Source of the DNA: a virus
Taxonomy: Duplodnaviria; Caudoviricetes
DNA length: 63,461 nt
Virus record (IMG/VR): IMGVR_UViG_3300034092_001286
Location: 1 to 63,461 of that record
Reading direction: 5' to 3' (one strand)
Of the stretch, positions 52,321-61,800 are shown one piece after another; position 1 is the first letter of the stretch; every line of letters starts with the position of its first letter. The notes beneath the pieces were generated by a model that was not told where the DNA came from, searched no databases, and worked only from the letters and a program-made list of their open reading frames with translations. The position numbers and the translations under genes were made by a program.

Positions 52321-53024
52321 TTGCGCCACTCCATCTGCGTCCACGGAACATCAATCCGCTTGTTTGCCTTTTTGAGATTCAACGCTGCCGGGATTACAGC
52401 GAGATTGAACGCATTGTGAAGACCAGATACGGTACTGCCGTGCAACGGCTCAATATGATCGACATGCCATTTGATGCCAGTCATAGTTGTGCGGCACCGA
52501 CGTAAAATTGCAGCTTCCTCAAGCACCAAGACATCGAGTTCTGTTTTCCTACCGCTGCGAAGGACACCCGTGTGTCGTTTGCGCAACGAGGCATACAGTC
52601 TCTCTGGATATTTCGCACGATATGCACGCTGACGGTTGTTGACTTTGTCTCTATTGGCCTTTGCATAAACACTGGCGCGAGCTTTGTTTGTTGTAGCATC
52701 CGCCGCGTATAGCTTCTTGCGATATTCAGGATCAGCCGCAACAAAAGCCGCAGTACGCGCACGTTGGTAAGCGACCAGTGCATCACGATTTGCCAACCAC
52801 CTAGCATTGAAATAATCAGGATTCTTTGCGAGCCATTCAGCGCGATAGGTTGGTCGTTTTGCAAACCACTCTTTTTGATATTGTGAGATACGCTCGGCGT
52901 TATCCTTTTTCCATTGCGCCATATACAACTTCTTGCACGGCTTGCACCGTGACGCATTTTTTGGGAACGCAGTAACAGCCAGAACCGCACCACAATTACT
53001 GCAGGTTTTAGTTAGTGTGTTCAT
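52317..53024 (-). CDS. HNH homing endonuclease
   Basis: KTCSNC..CKPC; WHVDHIEPL..VSGLH..NL.VIPA..NL.K.N; lower GC. Confidence 0.88.
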   Translation of the reverse strand: MNTLTKTCSNCGAVLAVTAFPKNASRCKPCKKLYMAQWKKDNAERISQYQKEWFAKRPTYRAEWLAKNPDYFNARWLANRDALVAYQRARTAAFVAADPEYRKKLYAADATTNKARASVYAKANRDKVNNRQRAYRAKYPERLYASLRKRHTGVLRSGRKTELDVLVLEEAAILRRCRTTMTGIKWHVDHIEPLHGSTVSGLHNAFNLAVIPAALNLKKANKRIDVPWTQMEWRK

Positions 53025-55396
53025 TGCGCAAAACTCTGACCGGCGGGAGCACGCCCTGCTGGCTCTATTGACGGTGCAATCGGTGGGGGTGGATTTCTGT
53101 GCTTGTGCAGATCGATCGTTGCAGACCCGAGCGCAAGTTCTTTGGTAGTGCGCAACTTCATTACAGTCTCAGCCAACTTGCCCTTGATCTGCTCAAGCGT
53201 CTGCTGATGCTTGTTGGCGTAATCGAGCAGTGCCAATTCGCGACGCACCGCCAGTTCCTCACGACGTGATGTGAATTCAACCTGCGTCCGCTGCGTCTCG
53301 GCCTGCACATACACGGCGTCACGATCCGTGTCTTTCTTGATGCGCAACTGAGCAGTCTGCTCACGCAACTTGTCGCTCTGCATCTGCGCCTGCGCTCTGA
53401 TCTGTGCGGCCTGTACGGCTGGCGCTGGCGGCGGCTGACGCTTCGCCATCTCAGCCTTCTCTTCGTCGGTCAGCTTCAGGCTGCGGTAGTCGATGCGCTT
53501 GCTCTTCAGGTACTCTTCCATCACGCGCGCCGGGCTCAACTCGAAGGCCGGATTCAGGCTCGGCTCGACCAGTTGCTGGATGACCTGATCCTGAATCGCG
53601 CGCTCAACCAGAGCGGACGATCCGTGGGCGTTGATGTTGAAGTCACCCTTCTCTTCATTCGGTACATCAGGATCGAGCAGCAACCACTCGTAGTAGTCGC
53701 GGATCAACGGCTCGGTGATGCAGTCGTCGCACGTCGTGGCGATGCTGCGCAGCAACTGGTTCGCGTTGTTATTCTGCAACGCGGCCGCACCGTATGTGTC
53801 GGGCGTACTCGCTCCGCTCTGGCCCTGAGAGATAAGGGGTATGTTTGTGCTCTCTTCGGCAATACGGAACGAGTACTCGATGATGTTCATCAACGACTGC
53901 TGCCGATCGGGAATCTCGACGGCAGTAAACGCCTTCGTCATGTCATCGATCGTTGCGTCGGATTTCTTGACCCACACCTTGTTCGGCGTGATGATCCACT
54001 TGCCGTCAACAGGAACGATCGACGTGCGGTCAATGATCAACTGCACACCGGCAGACTGACCGGCATTCGTCAGCATGGCGCGCGTGGCACCGTTGCACAT
54101 CACCTGTGCCGGCGAGCACTGCTCGCCAATACCGACGCCAGTCCAATGACCGGAGCGACGACGCCACGGGAACACACGGTACGGCATGCGGCCGGTATCG
54201 AGCGGATTGAGCACGACGCGCACGACGCGCTCGTTGATCAACGTGGCAGTGACGTGATACGTCTCGCGCTTGGCAACCTTGCTGGCGAGGTTCTCGTTCG
54301 CTACCATCAAATCTTCGGCACTGATCTCACCGTAGAAATGGTAAAGCTCAAATCGTTTCGCCCTGATCTTCGGATCATCGACCGCGCTCGGATTGCGCTG
54401 CCCGTCTTCAGTCAGATAGCATTTCGACGGGCCTTCATCGAGAACCAATTCGATCTGATCCGGCAGGTAGCTACCGACAGCAGGCAGCTTCTTGACTTGT
54501 GCCGGCGACATGTAGTCGCGCTCGAAGCAGTACGACCCCTTCGTTACATCCTCGCCACACGCCGGATCGGGAAAGAAATTCCATGGATCAACCTGACGCT
54601 CGCCGGGCTTGCGTTCCTTCTTTATCTCGATCGCGACGTTGCCCTGCTCGTCCTTTGTCAGCGCAGTGGAGGTACGCGCCTCAACGAACGGTCCCTTCAG
54701 GATGCCGACGCCGATACGCGCCGAATCGAACAGCACCTTACGCATCTCGACTGCATGCTTCGCTTCGACGATCCAGTCGTAGATGCGTTTCTCTGCCGCC
54801 TTGGCCGAAGTCGTGGCACGGGCTACAGCGTCCTTGGCAGCGGCAAACGCATCCTGTGGGGTCTGCGGTACCGGCTGCATTGATGCGGCCGGCTGCTGCG
54901 TCATCAGGCTATCTGGCGCGACAGCCTGTGCCATCGGCTGCGGTTGCTGCGGCGGTAACTCGCCACCGTTCTGCATGACCTGCTTGAGCATGTCCCGAGC
55001 GGCGATCAACTCAGGTACTGGCGTCGGATCGAAGGCGAAGGGTTTGTCATCCATCGGCAGCAGAAGCTCAGACACCTTTGCATGACCGGCATCGACGTAA
55101 CGTGCGGTCAGCGGGATGAACACCGTGCTGCGGTTGTCCGTACCGTCACCGGCCGTTGCGCGAGTCAGCGGCCCCTGCATTGAGGTCGGCTTCGCCCACT
55201 GCGCTTTTTCCCACTGCGCGCGATTGACATCATCAATGCCAAGGTACGCTTCCTCGGCAGACTTCCAGACATCCTCGATACCGGACGACTTGCGGCCCTC
55301 GACGGCTTCCTTGCGAAGATCGACGAGACGCCCTGCCAGCGCGGCTAGGCGCTTGTTCTTTTCCTCATCGGCAGGTAGCTGTTGCTGGTCGTCCAT
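53021..55396 (-). CDS. portal protein
   Basis: 791 aa; G.GILKGP, VDPWNFFPDP, P-rich clip region, Gln-rich C-terminal barrel; P22-like size. Confidence 0.85.
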   Translation of the reverse strand: MDDQQQLPADEEKNKRLAALAGRLVDLRKEAVEGRKSSGIEDVWKSAEEAYLGIDDVNRAQWEKAQWAKPTSMQGPLTRATAGDGTDNRSTVFIPLTARYVDAGHAKVSELLLPMDDKPFAFDPTPVPELIAARDMLKQVMQNGGELPPQQPQPMAQAVAPDSLMTQQPAASMQPVPQTPQDAFAAAKDAVARATTSAKAAEKRIYDWIVEAKHAVEMRKVLFDSARIGVGILKGPFVEARTSTALTKDEQGNVAIEIKKERKPGERQVDPWNFFPDPACGEDVTKGSYCFERDYMSPAQVKKLPAVGSYLPDQIELVLDEGPSKCYLTEDGQRNPSAVDDPKIRAKRFELYHFYGEISAEDLMVANENLASKVAKRETYHVTATLINERVVRVVLNPLDTGRMPYRVFPWRRRSGHWTGVGIGEQCSPAQVMCNGATRAMLTNAGQSAGVQLIIDRTSIVPVDGKWIITPNKVWVKKSDATIDDMTKAFTAVEIPDRQQSLMNIIEYSFRIAEESTNIPLISQGQSGASTPDTYGAAALQNNNANQLLRSIATTCDDCITEPLIRDYYEWLLLDPDVPNEEKGDFNINAHGSSALVERAIQDQVIQQLVEPSLNPAFELSPARVMEEYLKSKRIDYRSLKLTDEEKAEMAKRQPPPAPAVQAAQIRAQAQMQSDKLREQTAQLRIKKDTDRDAVYVQAETQRTQVEFTSRREELAVRRELALLDYANKHQQTLEQIKGKLAETVMKLRTTKELALGSATIDLHKHRNPPPPIAPSIEPAGRAPAGQSFAQ

Positions 55397-55460
55397 CAGG
55401 GGCGCTCCAAAACTGTTGATAGTTATAAACTATTGCTGTCTTACGGTCAATAGGTAACGG

Positions 55461-55589
55461 CTATCGCCTGCCAAGACGGCGGGCACGGACGATATAGTCC
55501 TGCATTGCTTCAACAAAGCCGCGCTCCCCGGCCAGCGCGATGAAATGCCGAGCGCCGAAGTGCAGAGCAGCAAAGTGACTAAGTGCCAT
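55461..55589 (-). CDS. small hypothetical protein
   Basis: 42 aa; overlaps the upstream stop. Confidence 0.45.
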   Translation of the reverse strand: MALSHFAALHFGARHFIALAGERGFVEAMQDYIVRARRLGRR

Positions 55590-56454
55590 CAACAACCACC
55601 GACGATCGGTTACCGCTGGCATCAACCGTGCTGACGATGCGGTTCGTCGTGCCGTCAAGACCGACGAAGGTTTCTGTACCACTGCCAGCGCCGCTCACTT
55701 TGCCAGCAAGTGCGGCAGCGACGATGCGCAGAATTTCTTCAGCCGTCAGCCCGCTCTCGATGATTGCCGACCACGGGTTTCCGCCCGCACCAGCATTCGT
55801 CAGCGCAAGCCCTGCTGTGCCGGTATCCGGGTAGTTCGCCAGCACAGCAGTCCATACCGCATCGCGCAGACCTTCCGGCGTCAGGTCGCCGTAGCCACGG
55901 ATGGTTGCCGCTATGTCCATCAGTGCGGTGTTGCCGGCAACGACAACGCCAGCGCCCGTGAGAGCCGCGCCAAGGTCTGCAAGGCCCGCCGCCGCTGCTG
56001 CAATGTCACCCGAGCCGGTAATGGTTGCTACCATTGTCGCCAGTGCCGTTGCGTCTGCCGAACTGATGTCACCGCTGGCTGTAAGCACCGCCGCGATAGA
56101 TACGATCAGGCCGATGTCGCAACCGGGAATGTCACCAGCGCCAGATATTCCCGCTGCGATGTTGTAGCCGGACTGCATAGTGGCGCTGGATACACCACCA
56201 CTACCGATGGCCGTATTGCGAGCGGCCAGTAACCCCGGCTTCTGCGGCATCATCCATGCAGCCGGGTGCCTATAACCAGAAGGAATGCCCACCAGTTCGC
56301 TAGTGATTCCCTCCCCCGCCGTAATGTTCCTGATCCGACCTGTCTGCGAGAAGTTCCCCTGTAGCGCAGATGGATAAGCACTCAACACAGCAGTCGCCCC
56401 GGCGTAGTACATACCGCAGGATGCAAACTGGTTACCATTGCAGCACAGAGCCAT
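55579..56454 (-). CDS. Gly/Ala-rich structural protein
   Basis: Repetitive I.G.G.I.A; C-terminal LR...AALAGKVSG..RI..TVD..GNR. Confidence 0.7.
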   Translation of the reverse strand: MALCCNGNQFASCGMYYAGATAVLSAYPSALQGNFSQTGRIRNITAGEGITSELVGIPSGYRHPAAWMMPQKPGLLAARNTAIGSGGVSSATMQSGYNIAAGISGAGDIPGCDIGLIVSIAAVLTASGDISSADATALATMVATITGSGDIAAAAAGLADLGAALTGAGVVVAGNTALMDIAATIRGYGDLTPEGLRDAVWTAVLANYPDTGTAGLALTNAGAGGNPWSAIIESGLTAEEILRIVAAALAGKVSGAGSGTETFVGLDGTTNRIVSTVDASGNRSSVVVDGT

Positions 56455-56606
56455 CAGAGCGCCTCCGCAGCCTCGGGAAATCCGGCGTCAATCAGCTTCT
56501 GCCGGTCCAGTTCTTTCTGCGCCTCAACGATCAGATTGGCAAGGGTGAACGTGTTGCCCTGCCACTGTGCGAAGTCCTTGACCAAATCCAGTATCTGCCT
56601 ATCCAC
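56454..56606 (-). CDS. small hypothetical protein (50 aa)
   Basis: GGAGG RBS, GTG start, TGATG coupling. Confidence 0.6.
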   Translation of the reverse strand: MDRQILDLVKDFAQWQGNTFTLANLIVEAQKELDRQKLIDAGFPEAAEAL

Positions 56607-56608
56607 AA

Positions 56609-57505
56609 TCAGCCTCCGTAGCCGTAGTCGAAGTCGACATTGACCGTACCTGCCGAAGTCGTCGCGCCCGTCTGGAACAGCAGGAATTGGATGTTCGCTC
56701 CGTCCTTGATCTGACGCATCGACGGCATGGCATTCACCAAGTCCATCTTGTTGTAAAGGCCTGTCGCCGGCAGCGGCAGCGTCCAGAGCGGCTTGCACAG
56801 GCCGATGATGACCGTACCCGACGCGTGAGCAGTACCGGCCCATGTCAGCGTTTCAATGTCGGACACGCCGGTATCGCCAGCGGCCAGCGGCAGGAACGGG
56901 TTGTACTTGTTCGCCGCCGCCCCGGTATTCAACAATCCACCCACCGGAACCGATGCGGTAGAAGTAAATGTCGTCGTGTTGTGTGAGACGCCTGCCGTGT
57001 TCTTGTACGCAACGACGCAAGTCGGGGCATTCGCGCCGAGCGCCGTATCTGCCGCAACGAACATCCTGAGTCCGGCACCTGCGGCGTACCGATCGCCTTT
57101 GCCAGCGCCGGAACCGATGGCCGTCATAGTCACTGTCTTCGCACCCGTGCTCGATACGTTCGCACCGGACAGCGGGACGAAACCCACAAGGTCAATCGCC
57201 ATGATGTACCACGGCGCACCCGCCGCAGCGACAGCACAACCACCGGCAGTCAGGAAATGTTTGGTCGCCGTCGAGACATCACCGCCCGTATAGATCGTAC
57301 CTTCCGACCACGTGTCGTCCGTCGGTACGTAAGTCAGGTCTGCGCCGGTAAAGGTCGCAGCAGGTGGATACCCTGCGTGTCCTGCCAGCAGAGTCCATGC
57401 GCCGGCCAACTGCGCAGCAGCGAGCGTCTTGGTCGTTGTGACTGTATCACCCTTGCCATTGACGGTCAGTTGCGTGATCAGGTCGTCTTGACTGGAGAAC
57501 CCCAT
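56609..57505 (-). CDS. virion structural protein (paralog B)
   Basis: AAGGAG RBS; YNPFLPLAAGDTGV..IE and IKDGA shared with 57520-58404. Confidence 0.7.
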   Translation of the reverse strand: MGFSSQDDLITQLTVNGKGDTVTTTKTLAAAQLAGAWTLLAGHAGYPPAATFTGADLTYVPTDDTWSEGTIYTGGDVSTATKHFLTAGGCAVAAAGAPWYIMAIDLVGFVPLSGANVSSTGAKTVTMTAIGSGAGKGDRYAAGAGLRMFVAADTALGANAPTCVVAYKNTAGVSHNTTTFTSTASVPVGGLLNTGAAANKYNPFLPLAAGDTGVSDIETLTWAGTAHASGTVIIGLCKPLWTLPLPATGLYNKMDLVNAMPSMRQIKDGANIQFLLFQTGATTSAGTVNVDFDYGYGG

Positions 57506-57519
57506 TTTATAATACTCCT

Positions 57520-58404
57520 TCAGTTCCATACAGTTTCGAGGGTGCCGACCAACATGGACGACGCGAGTGATCCCGCTGTTCCCTCGGCAAAGAAATTCAG
57601 CACCGCACCGTCCTTGATCTGCGGAGCGCCTGCTGCGTGAATCAACGACATGAATTCGTCTGCTGCACCGTAAGCGACACCGGTTGTCGTTCGACATTCC
57701 TGCGTGACATATCCGTTGAACAGTGGCTTGACAATTACCAGCGCCATCAACCCGCCGCCTGCCGCAGTGAAGGTCACGGACTCGATAGACCTGACGCCCG
57801 TGTCTCCGAGTTGCAACGGCAGGTATGGGTTGTAGCTCGCACCGACACCATCAGCCGACACGACCTGTCCGCCACCGGCCACCGCAAAGGTGAATTCGTT
57901 CTGGCTCACCCTGCCAGCCACACCGTCTTGATTGGTGTAGGTGAAGGTGAATTGCCCTATGGTCGAAGCGGCAGACTGAGCAACCGCAATCACCCGTCCG
58001 CTGGTGTATCGCGGCAGCGGGACTGTGTTGTCCATCAACTGCTCTTCGCCGATAGCATCCGTGTCGATGAACGGGTAGTACAGCAGGTAGTCGCACAGCA
58101 CCAACCGCTGCCGCGCATTGACCGCTGTGGATGTGTTTGCTGTCATCACCATCATGGATTTCAGGTGCTGCGTCATGGGTGAAACATTCGGCACGTAGAT
58201 ACCACGAGAGGCTTCAACGAGTGCAGCGACAGATGGCGACGACGCATAGAAGTTTGCAGCAGGACTGCCCGCAAAATAGCTGTAGTCGATCCACGCATTC
58301 GTCGTAGTGGCCGCAGACGCTACAGCCTTGCGAAATTGCGTGATCCAACACTGACCGAGCAGATCAGCGTTGGCGAACTCTCCGACAGTGCGGAAACCTC
58401 TCAT
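57520..58404 (-). CDS. virion structural protein (paralog A)
   Basis: YNPYLPLQLGDTGVRSIE, IKDGA. Confidence 0.7.
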   Translation of the reverse strand: MRGFRTVGEFANADLLGQCWITQFRKAVASAATTTNAWIDYSYFAGSPAANFYASSPSVAALVEASRGIYVPNVSPMTQHLKSMMVMTANTSTAVNARQRLVLCDYLLYYPFIDTDAIGEEQLMDNTVPLPRYTSGRVIAVAQSAASTIGQFTFTYTNQDGVAGRVSQNEFTFAVAGGGQVVSADGVGASYNPYLPLQLGDTGVRSIESVTFTAAGGGLMALVIVKPLFNGYVTQECRTTTGVAYGAADEFMSLIHAAGAPQIKDGAVLNFFAEGTAGSLASSMLVGTLETVWN

Positions 58405-58438
58405 CCCGCCGCCTTACCGCTGCCGACCAACCGAGCGC

Positions 58439-58669
58439 TCAGACACACCGTCCCGTCAGCCGCGTCAGGAACCGCCGCAGGTGCCAGTCCAGTCGCACTG
58501 TCATCGGTACTCCGTTCAGTGTCCCGTCGCCCGTCAGCAGTACCTTCCGTGGCGCGTTGATCGTTGCTGTCGTGTGGTTGCATGTTCGTTTTACCTTGTC
58601 CTTGGTTACTCGGGCCTTCGCTCCGCATTCAGCGCAGGAGTAAAGATATGGGTATTGTGGGAACAGCAT
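58439..58669 (-). CDS. small Zn-ribbon protein
   Basis: YSCAECG...C.H; TGATG coupling. Confidence 0.55.
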   Translation of the reverse strand: MLFPQYPYLYSCAECGAKARVTKDKVKRTCNHTTATINAPRKVLLTGDGTLNGVPMTVRLDWHLRRFLTRLTGRCV

Positions 58670-59109
58670 CAGGTTTCCGTTATGACAAGCGCATTGGCGA
58701 GGAACTGCGGCGTGATACTTGCTGCTGCGCCGATGGTGATCGGACTGTTCAGCGCGCCGTAGTGCCAGACCGCCGTCGCGCCAGATACGGTCGTGCCGGT
58801 CGATACCGCTGCCAGCGTTGCGCCGGTTGCACCGGACTGGTCGAACTGAAGCAACGCGGCGTTGCTCGTCGAACCGCCTGAACCGGCGACCCATCCCGCG
58901 CCACGAGCGACCGGCTTCCGCACATAGTTGGTGTATGCGACCTCGTTCTCAGCCTGCGAGTTCGTTACCGCCGTCAGTGTCGCCGTGTGGAGCGCAACAT
59001 AGACATCGGTAAGTGGAGCAGCAGAGGCGTTGTCCGCTACGTTTGCCCACGCGGTTGCTCGATACAGCAGGTTGAGGATTCGATTACAAGCATCGGTTGA
59101 TTTTGGCAT
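58669..59109 (-). CDS. phage structural protein
   Basis: AAGGAG RBS; YVALHTA..E..Y..Y.R..V.R..N...F pattern common in virion proteins. Confidence 0.7.
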   Translation of the reverse strand: MPKSTDACNRILNLLYRATAWANVADNASAAPLTDVYVALHTATLTAVTNSQAENEVAYTNYVRKPVARGAGWVAGSGGSTSNAALLQFDQSGATGATLAAVSTGTTVSGATAVWHYGALNSPITIGAAASITPQFLANALVITET

Positions 59110-59114
59110 GACGG

Positions 59115-59336
59115 TTACTCCTTGGTTGTGCCTACAGCAGCGGTACGACATTTGAAATAGATACCGGTCACCTCGACCAGCTTATTGACTGTCGCGCCGA
59201 ACGTAGCATCGACCAGTGGCGGCAGTCGTTCGGGACACGACGAGATAGCGACAGGATTGCCCGGATCAGGTTGTGTCGGGTTGCAGGCCGATCCACTCAG
59301 CATGACAGCCATGAGCAGCAGGAGCAGCGATTTCAT
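59115..59336 (-). CDS. o-spanin (Rz1-like lipoprotein)
   Basis: Signal peptide ending in Cys (LSGSAC), Pro-rich, CP..L..L...Y.KC. Confidence 0.7.
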   Translation of the reverse strand: MKSLLLLLMAVMLSGSACNPTQPDPGNPVAISSCPERLPPLVDATFGATVNKLVEVTGIYFKCRTAAVGTTKE

Positions 59337-59337
59337 T

Positions 59338-59478
59338 TCAGTCTCCTGTAACGATTCTCGACGGCGCGGTACCAGCCGGACGTACCTTCGCGCAGATCAG
59401 GGAACTTCGCGCGCACCTGTCGTCTTGCCAGTTCTCGAAGGTTCGTACCATTGCTGTATCCAAATATCGGCATGTCAT
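59338..59478 (-). CDS. small ORF between the spanin genes (46 aa)
   Basis: GGAGG RBS; ATGA overlap with the i-spanin stop. Confidence 0.4.
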   Translation of the reverse strand: MTCRYLDTAMVRTFENWQDDRCARSSLICAKVRPAGTAPSRIVTGD

Positions 59479-59765
59479 TTACCTCCCGACAGAGCCTCGT
59501 TGATCGTCTTCATCACAGCTTCTGTATTTTTACAGTCACGATACACAGGCACCTCACGAGTCTGTGTCTCAAGTGTCTGTCGTATCGTCACGTTGCGCAC
59601 GTCGATCTTTGCGATCTCATGGGCCATGGCCGTCAGCGCATCGCTCTTGCTCTTGGCTTCTGCCAGTTCCAGCGCATCGCGCCGGTTGCTGCACGCTTCC
59701 CACCCGCCCCACGCGCCAGCAGCGAGCAGACCGACCATGACAAAAACATAGACCAGTGGATTCAT
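59475..59765 (-). CDS. i-spanin (Rz-like)
   Basis: N-terminal TM segment, coiled coil, PVYRDC. Confidence 0.7.
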   Translation of the reverse strand: MNPLVYVFVMVGLLAAGAWGGWEACSNRRDALELAEAKSKSDALTAMAHEIAKIDVRNVTIRQTLETQTREVPVYRDCKNTEAVMKTINEALSGGK

Positions 59766-60019
59766 TCTGTTGTCTTCCCTTCCGTATAGACCTTAAATGC
59801 TGCCGCTTGCAATGCAGCGAACGGTGCGGTAATTGCAGCCAGAGTGGCCGCCACGTCATAACCGCCGACACCTGCCGTTGCGTTGGCAAAGTCAAATGCC
59901 CATGCCGTCACGCGCCATGTCATCCACATCGTGACGACTAACACCAACCGGCTGAACGGACGGCGCGTCAGGTTCGACAGCAACCGCCAGCCCAATGACA
60001 TGCGGCGCTCTTCTGTCAT
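59762..60019 (-). CDS. holin-like membrane protein
   Basis: Two TM segments, charged C-terminus, inside the lysis cassette. Confidence 0.55.
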   Translation of the reverse strand: MTEERRMSLGWRLLSNLTRRPFSRLVLVVTMWMTWRVTAWAFDFANATAGVGGYDVAATLAAITAPFAALQAAAFKVYTEGKTTE

Positions 60020-60492
60020 GGCTCGCACCCCGCGTCCCACACATAAATGAAGGTGTGCTGACCGGCACCAAGGTGCTCAACCAGCCGAGCCAGCGTATCC
60101 TTGCTCGACAGGATGCCGAACTGCTGCTCACCATCTTTGCGCTGGATCATGCCGTAACCCATGCCGACTGCGGTGCAACCATGCACCTGCGTGATCAGAT
60201 CACCGGCATTGCCATCACCGTCCAGATCAAGCGACACGTCACCTGCCCATGTAGCGTTGTGGATCAGACAGTCTTTGCGGCCATGCCTGTCTTCAAGACG
60301 AATGACCGGACGGCCCAATGTAGGCGAATGCCATATCCAGCCGACGTAGCTATCATCCTTAATGCACGACATGCCGCGCTGATTGTCTTTCCATGGCAAT
60401 TCGAGGGTATCGCAAGCGAATCCACCCTCGGCGACTAGCCGACCGATCGTACCGGTCGGCATGCACTTGCTACGGCGAATGATGACCTTCAT
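60016..60492 (-). CDS. DUF5675-like putative endolysin
   Basis: TIGRL..C.TLELPW.DN...SCI...ILIH-like..GC.AVG; lysis-cassette position. Confidence 0.7.
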   Translation of the reverse strand: MKVIIRRSKCMPTGTIGRLVAEGGFACDTLELPWKDNQRGMSCIKDDSYVGWIWHSPTLGRPVIRLEDRHGRKDCLIHNATWAGDVSLDLDGDGNAGDLITQVHGCTAVGMGYGMIQRKDGEQQFGILSSKDTLARLVEHLGAGQHTFIYVWDAGCEP

Positions 60493-60836
60493 CACACGTG
60501 CCCCTTCGCCAGCGCCGGCCATACGACCTGCACCAACAGCCAGCCCAAGAAACCAAGCAGCCCCCACTTCACCAACTCGAAGCGCATCTTTTTCCAGAAC
60601 TCGGTACGTGCCTTGCTCTCAGCAATGAACTGCTCATGCGCAGAGCGATGGCCGTCATAGTCGGGCTCGCCGGTATGCGCGTCCTTTGGAAACGCCACAG
60701 CAATGCTGGTCTGCTTATCCATGTACGACGTTATGGATTGCGTCAGCGATGAAAGCTGCTGCTCGATGTGCGTCAGCCGCTCACCTACTGTATGTGACGG
60801 GCAGTCTGTAATTTCTGGAGAACACTTTATAACCAT
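60492..60836 (-). CDS. membrane protein (holin/antiholin candidate)
   Basis: Coiled coil, AFP..D..GHR..HE, C-terminal TM; upstream of the endolysin. Confidence 0.55.
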   Translation of the reverse strand: MVIKCSPEITDCPSHTVGERLTHIEQQLSSLTQSITSYMDKQTSIAVAFPKDAHTGEPDYDGHRSAHEQFIAESKARTEFWKKMRFELVKWGLLGFLGWLLVQVVWPALAKGHV

Positions 60837-60877
60837 GTCATTCCCTCCCACCCTCTTTGGGGTAGATGCGATTGTAA

Positions 60878-61405
60878 TTACCCGAGCAGCTTGACAACGG
60901 CCTCCCGTGCCGCTGCGAGCTTGGCCTCCACCGCCGCTAGGTCGGCACTGGCTGCAGCAACAGCAGCAGCCAGCGACGCACGGTCTTCCGTCATCCGAAC
61001 GAGTTGATCGCCGAGCGATGTAACCTGCACGATCAGAGTGTCATATTGGCCCTGTGCCGGCGCAACAATCTCTGTAGCTTTAGCACGTGCAGCATCGACG
61101 ATGTTTGTCGCCTGCATCTCGGCAGCAGCGACCATTGCATCAGTCTTCTCCTGCGCACGTTTGGCCGCATCCTTGACACTGGCGGCACCCTTGGTGCGCG
61201 TGTCAACCAGTTCGCGGTCTGCATCGGCGATCTGCGCTTGCAGCGCAGTCAGCGCCGCCTGTGCAGCCGACACGCGCTGCTCGGTAGCAAGGGCCGTCTC
61301 TTCCATGCTCTGCATCTGGTCGAGCGTATCGGCCGCAGCCGTCAGCCCCTGCACGAATGTAACGAAACGACGCAGATCGCTCGCCACTGTGGATTTGTTT
61401 GCCAT
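60878..61405 (-). CDS. Ala-rich coiled-coil protein
   Basis: Heptad pattern; GAGG RBS. Confidence 0.7.
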   Translation of the reverse strand: MANKSTVASDLRRFVTFVQGLTAAADTLDQMQSMEETALATEQRVSAAQAALTALQAQIADADRELVDTRTKGAASVKDAAKRAQEKTDAMVAAAEMQATNIVDAARAKATEIVAPAQGQYDTLIVQVTSLGDQLVRMTEDRASLAAAVAAASADLAAVEAKLAAAREAVVKLLG

Positions 61406-61408
61406 GAT

Positions 61409-61783
61409 TTAAGTCCTCATCGGGTTAGCACGACGCATCAGCAGATACACGCCGATGCCGGTAGCAGCGCCGCCCGTAATCTTCGGACGGATGTAACGCG
61501 GACGCTCAACGATCTGCTTCATCGCATCAGTCAGCGCCGTGAAGCTCAGAGCAGCACCTTGCGCATTGTTCAGCGTGTTGTAGTTCGTGCCGTCATTGCT
61601 GCCTTCGATCACGACCGTTGCACCACCGATCGTGCCGATGATCTGCACGCAGTTGTCAGCCCATTCAGGCAACTCGACGGCAGTAGCGGCACCATCGGCC
61701 GTTGCGCCACCAGTCCATGCAATCAGCTTGCTGCTGCCTTCCCCTTCACCGATCGGCGTCGGTCCTGTAATTGTCCAAGTCAT
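61409..61783 (-). CDS. small beta-rich virion protein
   Basis: VQ..GT.GGATV.IEGSNDG...RYIRP. Confidence 0.65.
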   Translation of the reverse strand: MTWTITGPTPIGEGEGSSKLIAWTGGATADGAATAVELPEWADNCVQIIGTIGGATVVIEGSNDGTNYNTLNNAQGAALSFTALTDAMKQIVERPRYIRPKITGGAATGIGVYLLMRRANPMRT

Positions 61784-61800
61784 TTGTCATACTCCTCTGG

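Noticed and set aside
49662-54883. Long antisense ORFs (e.g. 49662-50861 +, 53573-54883 +; also 32914-33981 + and 14289-15401 -)
   Set aside because: Shadows of high-GC genes on the opposite strand; no RBS or recognisable motifs
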